A stretch of DNA of 64,000 nucleotides from Vitrella brassicaformis CCMP3155 (GCA_001179505.1 CDMY01000439.1:12272-76271); one strand, 5' to 3'. Positions 24,958-37,600 are shown, numbered from the stretch's first letter. Notes: generated by a model not told the origin, from the letters alone. Made by a program: numbers and translations.

Positions 24958-26399
24958 GCAGATTGATTCGTCGGCTCATAGGAAGCGCGCCAGCGTGGCA
25001 TCATAAGCCGACGGACAATCCCTTCCATGATCGACGGACAGACAGACTGACTGACAGACAGAAATACGCATAGCTCTATGTTTCTGCCTGCCCACCTTTG
25101 CCTGATACCTGGGTGGGTGCCTTTGTGCATAGTCTGGTTGGCTGCTGTGGTGATGATGTGCGTGTGGGTTTTCGGCTCGGCTGTCTGTCTGTAGTATTTC
25201 CGTGATTAGCGATGGATTGACTGACGGCTGAATGATGGACAAGCTCGATGCTCACTATTGCACTGCAAAGAAGTGTCTGATCCATTCAATGAATAAATGA
25301 AGGCGGGGCAAAATCACCCAGACACAGACGCGTTAAACACCACCTCTCCGTCCAGCTGCCTCCCCCGCTCCCAATTTCACTCATTCACTCATCCACTCAT
25401 TCACTCGACCATCTTTCGCTTCCCTCCTTCCTCACTGCTCCGCCTCTATCATCGGTATGCCGAACCACTGCTGGAAAATAGCAGCTGCAGCGGCCGACGC
25501 ATACCTCTCATGGTCATCTACATATCTGCACAGAGGGATGCGCAATGAGTCCGAACATCTGGACGTCCAATACACAATCGCACAATTGCACTCACACGCA
25601 CACAAGCACATCTACACACACGACGCAAACACAGAATCACACAACAATGGACCCACCCGACACCTCCACCCCCCACCCACCCAGATGCACATCTGGGTGC
25701 ATATCATCCATCCACGCACCCACACCTACACTGATGGGTGGATGGATGGATGCCTGTGCGCGTCCTCGAGGCAAGCCGCGAGCGGCCAGCATGTATACAT
25801 CACATATATCCACACACCAATACCCAAGCGCATCAGCAATTACACATAGAGACCGGCAGCTGTCACGCCACTCCTTTGGGACCCAACGAAGGTGCAGGGA
25901 AACCCTTTCAAGACGCCCTGACGTGACGCTTATCGAATGGTCTTCCTGAAGGGCTTCCAACGCACCCACGGTGCCTGTGAGAGTCAACCCAAATGGAACG
26001 CAGCATACAATACCTACACTGCACCAGCACCAGCCGCCCAGACGGCCTCATGCACATGGTGCGCATCGATTCATCCCTCGGTAGACGACTCGTGGTGCAT
26101 GCGAAACGCTGCGAAGAATCACACAACGGCGCTTTCTTCCTGCCTCCCTTGATCAAAGTGTGTGATGGGCCAACCGTCTCACTCACCGCTGCGCATGGAC
26201 GAGGAAGGTAACAGGGCGCGGCATGGCGCTCAAGGCCTGCACGCAGAGAACAGAGCAGAAGCATAAATTCTGAGAGGCGGTCAACACAGCGTAAGAGTGA
26301 CTCAGTCCATCAGCGATGTAGCGCCACCCTCTCACCGTGCGATGCGCTTGCAGCACAGCCGCCGGCTGCTCGTCACCAGCCACGCCACAGGAGCTGAGA

Positions 26400-28232
26400 G
26401 GTGGACAGGCATCTGCCGTTTCACTATCTTTCACCTGACAGATCAGGCAGAAAGCCATCCCGATGATTCATTTCCATTCGCTTGACGTTGTCTTCCTTCC
26501 TTTTCCCTTTCTTTGTTCCCTTCGTTGCCTACTGACGCACACCACAGCCTCAAGGCCTTCTCACTCTTCCTCCTTCCTTTTTGCTGCTGATTCCTGAATA
26601 AGCGAACAACCCGAATCTATCTCGAGGCCGTTCTTCCAGCCCTTTCTCCTCTCCTTTCTCCTTTGCGAGCTTGTGGTTCGAGCTCGCATTTCCTGAAATG
26701 AAGCTTCTGGGCGTTTGTTCCGCTTCTTTCTTTGACTGCCGGTGCGTGTGGCCTCAGTGGGGAGCGGCTCATGCAAAAAAATCGCAAAACGAATTTGCCA
26801 GGTTCGAGAAAACCCGCAATTCGATCCTCACTCGATCCAATTGGCAAATGAGCCCTTTCCGGCGATTTCGGTGGCCCTCTGAGCTCATCAGGAGCCTGAA
26901 CGAAGGCCGTGAGTGACGCGGGGCACGAGTTTGGAGAAACAAGTCATGCGAGCTTCTGCGACACCGCGGCTCTCGAAACCCAAGAGGATTCGAACAAGAC
27001 GGCAACCAAGTGGATGACGTCTTTTCCCCTACGCCCTCCTACCACATTGTTCGATCAGCGTTTGCCCTGGCGAATCAACTCAACCTGGAGATACATCAGA
27101 TGGACATCAACACAGCATTTCTTAACGCCCCGCTGGACAAGCCTGTCTTTATGCGGTGCCCACCTGGATATGAGAAGCCCGGCCATGTTGTTCGTCTACG
27201 GAAGGCATCGTGGATGTGTTGTGATATGCTGTAACTGTTCCATCTGTGCACACACCACACCATTCGTGCTCATGCTTATGCTGATCTGTGCACTTGTCCA
27301 CTGTGTGTGTGCGTTCGCTACCCAATGGTCATCTTCTGGATGCCTTTGTGCTTTCTTCGTGATTTTCTTTTCTTGAGCACATGCCGTGATGGTTCGTCTT
27401 GAGAGGGGGTGTCAGGATTGCCAGCTTGGCAAGACGAACCAGTGCGAGCTTGTGAGCTAGGGTAGATTGCTGTGTAACGGAGAGAGAGAGGTGAAGACAA
27501 GGAAAGACAAGGGAAGCGTTCTGAGGAGACACGATCTTATCAGCCATCACCGAAGTGAGACCTGTGTTGACCACCCTTCATGATGCCATACATGGACAGA
27601 AACAACTTTGACTGACTGGCCAGTCCATTGGTCTTATTAAAGTAAAAGGCACTCTTACTCTGGGACTTACCGCCCAGCAGATCCTCTATTCAGCTAACTA
27701 CAGGAAAGGTCCTCACCGGCCTTTTTCTCACATTGTATCCTAGTGTAGAAAATTAGAGCCGTGTGTCTCCGCTCCGCGAGTCTATCAAATTCCCCCCTGC
27801 TGCCGTGTGTCGAGGGCGCTCGCAAACCAAAAGGGAAGGAGGAAGAGTGAGAAGGCCTTCAGGCTATGACGTACGTCGGTAGACAACGAAAGAAAGAAAG
27901 AAAGAAAGAAGAAATAAGACAACGCCAACCAGCGAACCATCGGGATGCCTGCCTGCCTGCCTGATCTGTCAGAGTAGAAACGACAGAGAGAATGTCTGTC
28001 TGTTTCTGCAGCCCACGTGTGTCTGCCGGTAGTGTCTGTCGAGTGGACTGGACAAACCTCTTCCCTCACTGCGGCATCCCATCGGGCGCACCGCTCTCCA
28101 GTGACCGGCCCGCATTCAACCAACGTAACGGCGACACACACAGAGAGGCAGTCAATCCGTTGACACACTGACACATCATATCATCATTCACGGAGTGGTT
28201 CCTTTGTCTAGTGTGACTGTGTGTGCAGGTCA
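26400..28232 (-). repeat. Dispersed module copy 2, with arms on both sides in inverted orientation and interrupted by a copia remnant
   Basis: Core 26620-26981 plus 27733-27790. The arm motif aaggccttctcactcttcctcc is on + at about 26550 and on - at about 27840-27860; CCAATTGG at 26837-26844. Confidence 0.85.
26982..27732 (+). mobile_element. Ty1/copia LTR retrotransposon remnant: RT fragment, polypurine tract and 3' LTR (27410-27732)
   Basis: RGFEQDGNQVDDVFSPTPSYHIVRSAFALANQLNLEIHQMDINTAFLNAPLDKPVFMRCPPGYEKPGHVVRLRKA is RVT_2-type. PPT gagaggggg (27401-27409) directly precedes TGTCAGG; the LTR ends ...CTCACA where the host module resumes. Confidence 0.9.
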
Positions 28233-29633
28233 TCGCTGCTCGAGCTTGGCCTTGGCGCCCAGACGAGTGATGAGAATGCGGTCGTCCCGCTGGAGGGGTG
28301 CGTGGCGCCGACGGAGCCGCTCGACCCCTCCCTGGGGCAGGAGTCACGCTCGAGCATCGCCATCAGGACCCCCACCCTCGCCCACTTCCCCTCTTCACTG
28401 CTGGGCGTGCGGCACCACATTCTCGCAGCTGCTCGCCACAGCCAGACCCATTTGCCCCTTCGTTTCAGTGTGGGTGTGCTGCCGCTGGGACGTGTCTGTT
28501 TGGCAAGAGGAGCTGCAAGGAGACGGCGGAGGCCTCTCCCGCCATGCAGGCGCTTGTCGCGCGTCGGATGGTCGAAGGTGAGTGGGTCGGTGGGGTGGGG
28601 CGGATCTGTGGCTCCCCATCACTGCATGAATCTCTGTGTCTGTGCGGCATGGCCAGAGTGGGATACGGCCAAGAGCACTCTCTGATGGTGTCCGAAGCCG
28701 CCGAGCAGCTGCACCGTCGCGGGCAGGGCGACCTGCAGTCCTTCGCCAACAAATACCTCAACAAGGACAACCAACAAACGGTATGTCAGGCAGCCAGATG
28801 ATACGTGCACGACTGTTGATGTCGATGCGGATGTGTTTGGTGGCTGTGATGCCCGCCTCCAGTAGGTCGGCATTGGGTGCTGTTCCTCTGGCTCGAATGA
28901 GGGAACGTGCACAAGAATTCGCACAAGGTGAGACCCAGATTCCCTTCTATCGTGCACACATATCCCAATCTCCCCTTCTCGCCCACCCATTCAGAGCTAT
29001 CGAGTCTCTGGCATTGACCAAGGACCTCCTGGAGTGCTTGAAGAGAGACTTGTTCTCCTGGGTCGATTCCCTGCAGTGCGACCTGTGCGGAGGCAAGACG
29101 TCAGCTGACCCCTGTGAGGAGGATTTGGGGCGGGCTGCACAAGTGCCAGGCACTGACATGCGGCCACACTACGCGATCCCCAAGGTGACGTCACGGCAAC
29201 ACACAACACATGGCAGGAATGATGGATGGATGTGTGTGCGCGTGTGTGTGTGTGTGTAGATGATGTGTGGGTCTCGCGAACAACGACGACTGGTGTGGGT
29301 ACAGCCGTGACGGTGTGGACTGCGTGTGCAAGGAGCACGACCGATGTCTGTCTGTACCAACATGGATACCACAAGTGCGGCTGGTGAGTTGGGGGAGGGG
29401 GGGAGAAGGCAAGCAGCACGGCACCTGAGCATTCCCCCTTTGTGATGTCTGTCTGTCTGTTCCATGATTCAGCGACTGGCACTTCATCAGGAATCTCGCT
29501 GGCGCGTCGTGTTCCAAGCCAGAGTGCCACTTACAAGGCCGCTGCACTTGCTGTCTTCCAAAGAAAGCCCTGTGAATGCCGCTGGGAAGCACTGCGTCCA
29601 TATCCGTTTCGTCGCTGGAAACCCAACCGCTGA
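28233..29633 (+). pseudogene. Chimeric relic: N-terminal peptide:N-glycanase (PNGase/NGLY1) exons followed by secretory-PLA2-like exons with frameshifts
   Basis: SALGAVPLARMRERAQE and LLECLKRDLFSWVDSLQCDLCGGKTSADPCEEDL resemble the PNGase first CxxC region; the catalytic region is absent. Next exon: WCG...DGVDCVCKEHDRC, then a TCTG duplication, YQHGYHKCG|CDWHFIRNL and YKAAALAVFQRKPC. Confidence 0.6.
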
Positions 29634-30279
29634 CCACCTCTCCTCAACTCCGCTTGTAGGTGATCAGGCAGGCAGCCATTCTCGGCCCCAGCCGAATCCT
29701 TCACCTCTTTTGTCTGTCGCTATGGGCAGGTGGCTGTCCAACGGGCAGGAGATGGCTGGTCAGCTCAGATCGCCGTCTGCCCGTGCCGATGAGAAGATCT
29801 GAGTTTTCTCTGTGTTGTCACGACTTGTGTTTGTTGTGCCTGCCTTGTGCATGCATGAGTACTTGCGTGAGTTGATGGACTTAGGCAGGCAGACAAGTGG
29901 CGGCAACTAAGCTGGAATGCTCTCATGTGAGTAGAAATTGAAGGCATTGTGTCTGCCTGTGGGTTGGTTGCTGTTTTTTGGAGTCAAGAGTTCGCCTGTC
30001 CGTGTGTGTGAGTGTGTTTGTGTGTTGGTTCGCTCCTGAGACACCACGATCACATCCATTCATTCACTCATCCATTCAGCCAGCCAGCCAGCCAGCCATC
30101 TGTCCATCCAAGACCTCACACAGATCGATCACAGAGGCGCACCGACACGTACACCAAAAAAGGGGTTCAAGGCAGAACCAAGCATTGGCAAACAACCGAA
30201 ACGCAGGCATAAAGCTGCATCCTTCGCGCTGCAACGTATCTAACAGCCGTAGATCCGTACGCACAGCCACTTCGGTCCT

Positions 30280-30370
30280 GCGGCTGGCGGTGAAATCGAA
30301 TCCACCGATCGTTTGGGTGGCTCCCTCCCGCCCTGTCCGATTGACCGGGGGGAAATGAACCGCCAGCCAC
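30280..30370 (-). other. Conserved 3'-flank stem-loop, copy 1 (second copy 61936-62022)
   Basis: On the minus strand, gtggctggcgg pairs with ccgccagccgc (11 bp, one G-U). The enclosed sequence is nearly identical in both paralog flanks. Confidence 0.45.
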
Positions 30371-30454
30371 TTCACTTGTCAATCCAATCCCACCGGCCAG
30401 CAGGCAACACCACAACTCCCCCATACACATAAGTGCCCAACAGCGTGCAATCCA

Positions 30455-31999
30455 TCATACTACCGATGGCTCTCGCTGACAATTATCACACACACAGACA
30501 GCACGAGATCTTCTGCTGGCCTCACTGTCGTTTACGGCTCGCTCCTCTTTGCTCACCTTGTGAGTACTGCTCGGTGCGGCCGCCGCGACCTTTCGCTGCA
30601 CATGGGTGCGCCATGCAACCGTCCCGAAGCGGGATAGAACCGTCATAATAGTGAACAGGGCAGACACAACGAAGAGAAACGGATTTCTGGCCTCCGTCGC
30701 CCACATGATCGTCAGCACCAGGACCGGCACTTCCAGCAGGGCAAGGAAAGCAATCCAGAGGTGTTAGCAGAGTGAGGGAGAGCCGCGGATCGAGTAGTGA
30801 AGAAACAGCGACACCACGTCAGCCAACGATAAGCCCAGGATGATCAAGCCGACAGTTTGGTGGCCTTGCGCTTCTTCTTCCAGACGGCTCCTTGTTGTAT
30901 CGAAGCACTCCTCATCAGCATCATCCCACGGCGAACCGATGGGGGGGACCCCACAGATGGATCTTGCACGACGCCATGCAGTGTCCACCATCGACCACCT
31001 GATGAATTCCAGCCCCACTGCAGCATCGGTAATGAAGTCCATGGCCATTCCCACAACGGCCACCAGTTTATAGAAGCGAACGAAGGTGAGAATGTCCATC
31101 CGTTTGAGCCGCCGCTTGACCACCGAGTGGTACAGGATGGGCTCTATTTGCCGAGCCTTGGCTATTCGCTCGGCCGTCGGTGAGGGTCTCCACTCCGCCC
31201 GACGGCCGCAGCATGAGAGCCGGTTGTGATCGACGTCGAGTTTCCTCTCACCCGTCGGGCTGGTCGATGCACGGACAATGCGTGGCTCCGACAAAACGAT
31301 AAAGAGGGCCAACTGAAGAGAGACCGCACCAGCCACCCACGCCAGTGTGCCGAAGCGGCCGGGGCCAAAGGGATCAGGTTTCAATGACACATAAACCGCG
31401 GTCGAGAAGATGCTCCCGGACAGGACGATGGCCAGAACGAAAAAGAAGTAGATGATGCATAGAATGCCCCACCAAAGAGGCGGCGTGCACAGACTTCCCA
31501 GTCCAACGAGGACCATCAGAGAGGGCGGCCCCAAACCCACAATCACAAAGGGAACGAACAACAAACTTCCCTCGTGCTTACGGATGACAAAAAGCAAGTA
31601 GCTTATGCCGCCCCACCACCAGACTGCATAGATCAGGACGAGGCCGATGATGAGAAGGAAATGCCTCATAGGGTAGTCCGTCAGCCACAACATCACACAG
31701 TGAGTCTGCAGCACCAGAAAGCCCCACGCATCACCCTCCTCAAGCGAAGCATCCCCGTCGCCAAGCGGAGCCCGGCCGTCAACTGCAGGGGTGGAGACCG
31801 GTGTCGAGGTGGTGGTGGACACGCCTGAGAGCCGAGCGCCGCCCTCGCCATCTCCTTGAGCCTCCGGTTGATGCTTCGATGACTTCGCTGACCTTGTCGT
31901 CGTGACGTCCACTTCAGAAGCTGATTGTCTGAGGACGTCTGTGTCTGGGGGATCAGCCGTGGCGGGAGGAGCGACGGTGACGAACGTGGGCGGCTCCAT
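30455..31999 (-). pseudogene. Intronless multi-pass membrane protein paralog 1 with premature TAA at 30764-30766
   Basis: ORF 30764..31999 aligns with 62151..63656. TGC TAA CAC here vs TGC CAG CAC in the paralog, and homology (LEVP.LVLTI.WATEA.NP) continues in frame to 30455. Confidence 0.8.
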
Positions 32000-32229
32000 G
32001 CGTGCGTCTAGTCGAAAGGACGATTGGGAGCCGTGCGAATAGACGCGATGCTTGAAGGCCGCTGTTGTAGATCTGCTGTCGAGGAAGTGAGCTCGGCAGC
32101 CAAATCACGGCGGCTTCGCAAGGAGGCAGATGCCTGCGTCCACTCGGAGAGCCGATTGGGAGACGAGATCCGTGCGAATAAACGCGATTCCTGACGCAAA
32201 GGCCGCTGCTGCTGATCTCAAACGCACTT

Positions 32230-32857
32230 CGAAGCCCTTTCTCCTCTCCTCCGGTCTCCTTCCTCCTTTGCGCTTGTGGCTCGAGCTCGCATTTCCTCGA
32301 ATGAAGCTTCTGGGCGTTTGTTTCGCTTTTTTCTTTGACTGCCTGTGCGTGTGGCCTCAGTGGGGAGCGGCTCATGCAAAAAAATCGCAAAACGAATTTG
32401 CCAGGTTGGAGAAAACCGGCAATTCGATCCTCACTCGATCCAATTGGCAAATGAGCCCTTTCCGGCGATTTCGGTGGCCCTCTGAGCTCATCCCAAGCCT
32501 CGATGAAGGACGTGAGTGACGCGGGGGAGGAGTTTGGAGAAAAACAAGTCATGCGAGCTTCTGCGACACCACGGCTCCGGAAACCCTCGTTGTATTTCAC
32601 TGTAGAAACCCAGAGCCGAGTGTCCCCTCTCCGCCACCCTATCAAATTGGGGCCTGATGCCGTGTGTCGAAGGTGCTCCAAACCAAAAGGGAAGGAGGAA
32701 GAGTGACAAGGCCTTGGCTAACGTACGTCAGTAGATGTTTTTGGATCCTATCGTGGTCAAGGTGTGTGACCGCAGTGGCGGCGCAGAAGTCACCAGGATG
32801 ATCCAGGTCCCGCCAACGTGGCAGGTAGGTGAGATACACTGACTGATCTGCCTGTAG
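32230..32857 (-). repeat. Dispersed module copy 3, between the membrane-protein gene (-) and a + strand gene fragment
   Basis: CCAATTGG at 32440-32447. Arm gggaaggaggaagagtgacaaggcctt at about 32690 is followed by gtacgtc...ctgatctgcctgtag, an intron-like segment ending just before ATG 32858. Confidence 0.85.
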
Positions 32858-33990
32858 ATGGCAGATTGGGATCCGCTCGCCTGGATCGTCGTGTGTTTGT
32901 TCGTTTGTTCGTGGTGCCTGCAGGAACCACAGTTCGTTCAGTACGTCAAAGACTTATTCAACATCCAGTATGATTTCCTCGTGAAGGACAGCACAGGTAG
33001 GCACAGACAGGCGGACAGAGAGCAGACAGACAGCACACACCAACGCGCAAGTTAGAACCGAGACCATCTGTGATTCTCGTTCTCGCTCAGATGTGTTCAC
33101 CCCTGTGGCTTCCTTCAAGGAGGGCGAGACCTACTTCATCGAGCGCACCGGCACTTCGGCTGCGGCTGCAGCTGATACAGTGGCTGCGTCGGGGCCGTCA
33201 CAGACACCTGCCTGTCTGACGTAGGCGATGTGTGTTGCTTTGGTCTGCCTGAACAAACCTGGTCTCTCCTGTCTTCTTTTTCGTTCAGACCATCTGCACT
33301 TGCGCCTTCCGGACGCAGAGAAGCTACTCCTGGTTGGGGAATTCTTCAACTGTGGCCTCGGCCTCTTCGCCTTCAGCGTGTGCTTCCTCTGTCGTGAGCC
33401 CATTCGGAAGGCTGTGGGAGAGGTCCTTTGGGACCTCACGCTCGTCTTCAAAGGACCCAGCACCTGTTTCTGCCCGCGTCCGTGGGTGCGATCCTCTCGG
33501 GGATCTGCCGCTGCTGCTGTCTTTGCCGGACACCGCCAGCAACCTCGCCAGCAGCAAGAATCGCTGTCGAGTCTGACAGACATGCGGGAACAGCTTCTGA
33601 GCATGCCGCAGACGAAGTGTCCGTCGAAGCTACCCTCCTCATGAGCGAGGAGCCTGTCGGCCCGCTCGACAACGAACACGCCATCGTACAGTGAGATCTA
33701 CCGGCTGCTCTATTCGTTGTCTGGTTGGTGACGAGGAGCCGGCGGCTGTGCTGCAAGCGCACCGCACGGTGAGAGGGCGGCGTTATATCGCTGATGGACT
33801 GAGTCACTCTTACGCTGTCTTAATTGCCAGCCTCTCAACAGTCCTTCCCGTGCTCGGCTCTCCCGTCCCGTTTGTGTTCAGGCCAAGCTCCTTCGCCCAT
33901 CCGCACCTCCAGCACGGCGAGGTGGGCTCGCCGACCCCGACGTGCGTCCCATCTCCCACTGCAGTCAGACACTACCTACCGTAGAAAATG
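32858..33990 (+). pseudogene. Multi-exon gene fragment of unknown function (MADWDPLAWI|EPQFVQYVKDLFNIQYDFLVKDSTG|DVFTPVASFKEGETYFIER...)
   Basis: Canonical splice sites in the first exons; the frame later breaks. The segment at about 33725-33820 recurs inverted at about 26290-26385. Confidence 0.3.
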
Positions 33991-34629
33991 GCGTTTGGGC
34001 GCAGCGGCAATGACCCCTCGCGCAGCACACCAAGGGAGAAGGTGAGAGTGAGGGCGGGGTGGAAGTGTGTGTGGCACAAACAGGCAGGTGGCTACAATAC
34101 ACATCTATGCGTGTGATGATATTCGTCACTCACGGGTTCTTTATGAATCGACACATGTACTGAACTTCTGTCGCTGTCTGACGCATCCACTAACGTCATC
34201 GTGTCCGAAACATGTGCGTGTCCCTGCGTGTGTCGCACGGATGCCATCTTTGTTGGTTCCGTTCTGTGTTTCCTCTGTGTGTGTCAGGGCTGATTGGTAC
34301 ACGCGGCTCGGCTGGGGATCCTGGTGTGTCGCAGAGGCTTCGCAGAGTCGACGTGAAGCCGATGGCTTGCGGCACCGACGAGAAGGCTCACCGTTTGGGT
34401 ATTGGGGCTCATTCCCCTTCCCCAAGACAGACAGATCAGGGAGGTGTACATTGTACATCTAGCTATCTATGTGTGTGTTTGACGTGGTTGGCTGGCTGGC
34501 TCTATGGGTCCATCTACGACTGGTTTCATGGATGCTGCGTAGCTAGCTACAGACATTTAATTATGCTACGTGCGTGTGTAGCCGATAAAATGCCCACCTA
34601 CGTACGCAATGCTACACTATGGTACTCTA

Positions 34630-37600
34630 CTACACGCCAGGTATCAGCTCCAGCGGATTCAGCTGCACGCCGGCAAAGTCAAGCATACCTGAATCCCACA
34701 TATCATATCATGCCACACACCACACCATAGGCACACATCACGAGCAAAATCCATGAACACACATGCATCTGTTCATTCGTTTGTTCGACTGTGCTGACCC
34801 CATCCGACGATTCCGCCGTCCGCTATTGCACCCAAGTGAACAGTCAGCTCCTGAACCGACCGAGCGCCCGACCTGCGCAATCAATCGCACACACCATCAA
34901 TCACAAAGACTCACAAGCACATGACACTCACTCGGCATTGCATACCAGGAGAAGTCGAGGTAGCCGGGGAATGCGGCAATGAAGCTGTCGAACATGCCCG
35001 TCCTCACCACACTCATCACCAGCACCCCCACAATCAAAAAGTGCAGTAAGGGCTCTATGATCAGCTGCAGAAGCGTCTCGAGCGTGCTGCAATTACATAA
35101 TGCGGGAGGGAGACACTTCGATCCAATCCATGAGGCTGTGAATGCTGTGAATGGGTGGCTGTCGTGTTGTGTTGCGTGTCGATCCGTAGTTCCTACCAGG
35201 TGACGAGGAAGTCTCGGTAGACGACTCTCTCGTCATCATCGCCTTCGCCGCGGTCGGCCAGCCAGTCGGAGAAGACAAACCTGCACGAGACATGTGGGTG
35301 CATTCATGGCGTGTGGGAGTGTGTGTCTCTTGAGGGACCGCCCAGCCAGCCAGCCGGGCTTGGCTTACATGAGTAGGAAGTACACGCAGAAGGAGCACCA
35401 CAGGGCCGCCAGCACATATCCACACCGATCTCGCAACCGCCATATCGACAGCCATCGCAGCTTCTGCATCAGCAGAGAGTGCATCGAAACAGTCGGTCGA
35501 CAGTGCATCAAAACAGTCGGTCGACACACAAAAAGTCTTTCGCCAGTTTGTCTGTCTCTGTGTCTCCTCCTCTCTCCGTCTGTCCGTCACCTGCTGCATG
35601 GGGAACAGCCCGCTGTGTTTGCCCAGCACGGCGGTGTCAAGCGAGCCTTTGGCTTTGGACGTGAAGTTGGCCGATTGATGCCGTCGATCGCCACCCGTCC
35701 CTCCCAGCCCTGTTCCTGGTCGGATGGCTCCGGCGTGAGCGGGGTAGATGCACGGGGTGCCCTTGCGGAACAGGAAGTAGAGAGTAAGCGGAATCGGCTT
35801 GATACCAGAATCACACACACACCATGTCATTGATAAAGCAATGCGTCCGTCCTCACACCGTCACCGTTACCTTGGCCAGTATAACCGCCCTGATACGTGA
35901 ACACAATCCATCCATCCATTCAGAATATGTGACCGTGCAGTGCAAAAGGCTGGCTGGCGTCACGTCCCCCACCATATCAGTATGGCGAATTGGCGGATGG
36001 TGAAGGTGACCTCGAACCCTTCCGCCAGCTTGAAGTCCGCCAGGTGTCCGTCTCTTGTGAGGTCTCTCTCTCCGTATTGGTAAAAGAATGCCGCGACCAA
36101 CAGCAGCCCCAGCACCACCGATCCGAACACCAACGTCCTCTGCACGGCTGCAAGCGAAAAGACATACAGAAGAAACAAGCTTTACTTTTCTCGGCCGGCT
36201 TGATGCCTGGCTTGGTGCATGCCTGTGAGTGAGGGGTGAATGATGAACAGCTGCAGAAGTGGGTGATCCCGACGACACACCTCGCTGAAGAGGCGGGCCT
36301 TAGGCCACTCGATGTACTCGATTCGCCGCAGCGTCCTAGCCGTGATCGCGTCGACCTCTCTATTCACCTCCTCCCACGCTTCCTTGGCCGTCATGCGTAT
36401 GGGCGCGCTGATGGTGTCTCGCCGCCCGCCTCGCTGCGCGGTGGGTTTGGTCGGGGGCTTTGTGGGAGGGGGTGGCTCTTGCTCTGGGTCGGGGAGCGAC
36501 CGCTGCGTGTGGTGGTCCTCTTGCGCATTGTCGTGATTCTTGGGACTCAGCGGCTCCTTCTCCGTGCGCTTGACTGGCGAGCTGCAACCAGACAGGGCAG
36601 GCACCGGTAGACAGCAATGAATGCGATGCGCCTGTTCATCGACCCGTCCACCAATCCAACCTACCTGAGAGAGAGAGACGAGAGCATCTCCAGCACCTTC
36701 TTTGGTTTGCCTTCGCCTTTCTTCTGCCGATCATCCTCATCGAACACAGCCACGCTCAGCCGCCCTTTGCCGCTCTCGCCGCTTTGAGACGCACGCTGCC
36801 GGGAGACATAGCCCTTGATCGCGTCATTGAGGTGCCGGTCGTCGCGTGCGAGGCCGTAGCTGGTCGGCTGTGCGGGATCTGCCGCCGACCGACTTGACGA
36901 CATGACCTCGGATGGCTCGTCCTCGGGCTGCCTGACAGCGCCTATCTTGACTGACAGGAAGCTGACCTTGCCCCGCCACCATCGCTGGATGAGCAGACAG
37001 GCGGCTTGCTGCCGCTGCACTTCTGTTCACAACAAGCAAATGTAAGCACATAAAGCACATGTACACAGATAGTATACGCAAGAAGTGACAGTGTATAAGC
37101 GAGGTCCAAAGGCAGCAGGCAAACAGACCTAGCAGCAGGCGGGCACGCAGGGCATCCCGAAGGACACCAGATCTAAATAAAGAGACGGTACACCCAGCAC
37201 ATGCAGATGGGGATGTGCCTCGCCATTGATCGTACCTACCTGAGGAGATCGACCTCTTCTCGGTTGCAGCAGCCCTCAACGAAGTCATATTCCTCTTCTG
37301 CGTGGTGGGGCTGGTGTTGCTTAGGGCGGTGTGCTTGTCCATGTGCGTGCTGGTCGACCCCCCTCTGGTCCCTTTGACGGTTGCTCTCCATTTCGGGTCT
37401 CACTGCTGTCGACATCTGCATCCCTCCCGTCCTCTCCTCTTCTGACGACGCATCCACGTCATCGTGACTGCCCCTCAACCGCCGCCGCGGCTCCGTTACT
37501 CGCACAGAAAGGCTCTCAACGGGCTCAGTCTGGTCGGCCTCGGTCTTCTCCTTGCTCATGACATTGGTGAAGTGAGACGGAAGCCCCCGAGTCTTCTCTA

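Noticed and set aside
25300-26270. Overlapping 70-130 aa ORFs on both strands
   Set aside because: No frame stands out and no motif is recognised; not supportable as a gene.
26400-28000. Module copy 2 as a classical MITE/foldback element with long TIRs
   Set aside because: The arms are degenerate, no TSD was found, and the other two copies have only one arm. Kept as part of the cassette finding instead.
30280-30766. Possible SECIS element plus stop-codon readthrough in membrane paralog 1
   Set aside because: The in-frame stop is TAA, not TGA; the loop (about 65-70 nt) is too long and the 3' side lacks the canonical GA quartet.
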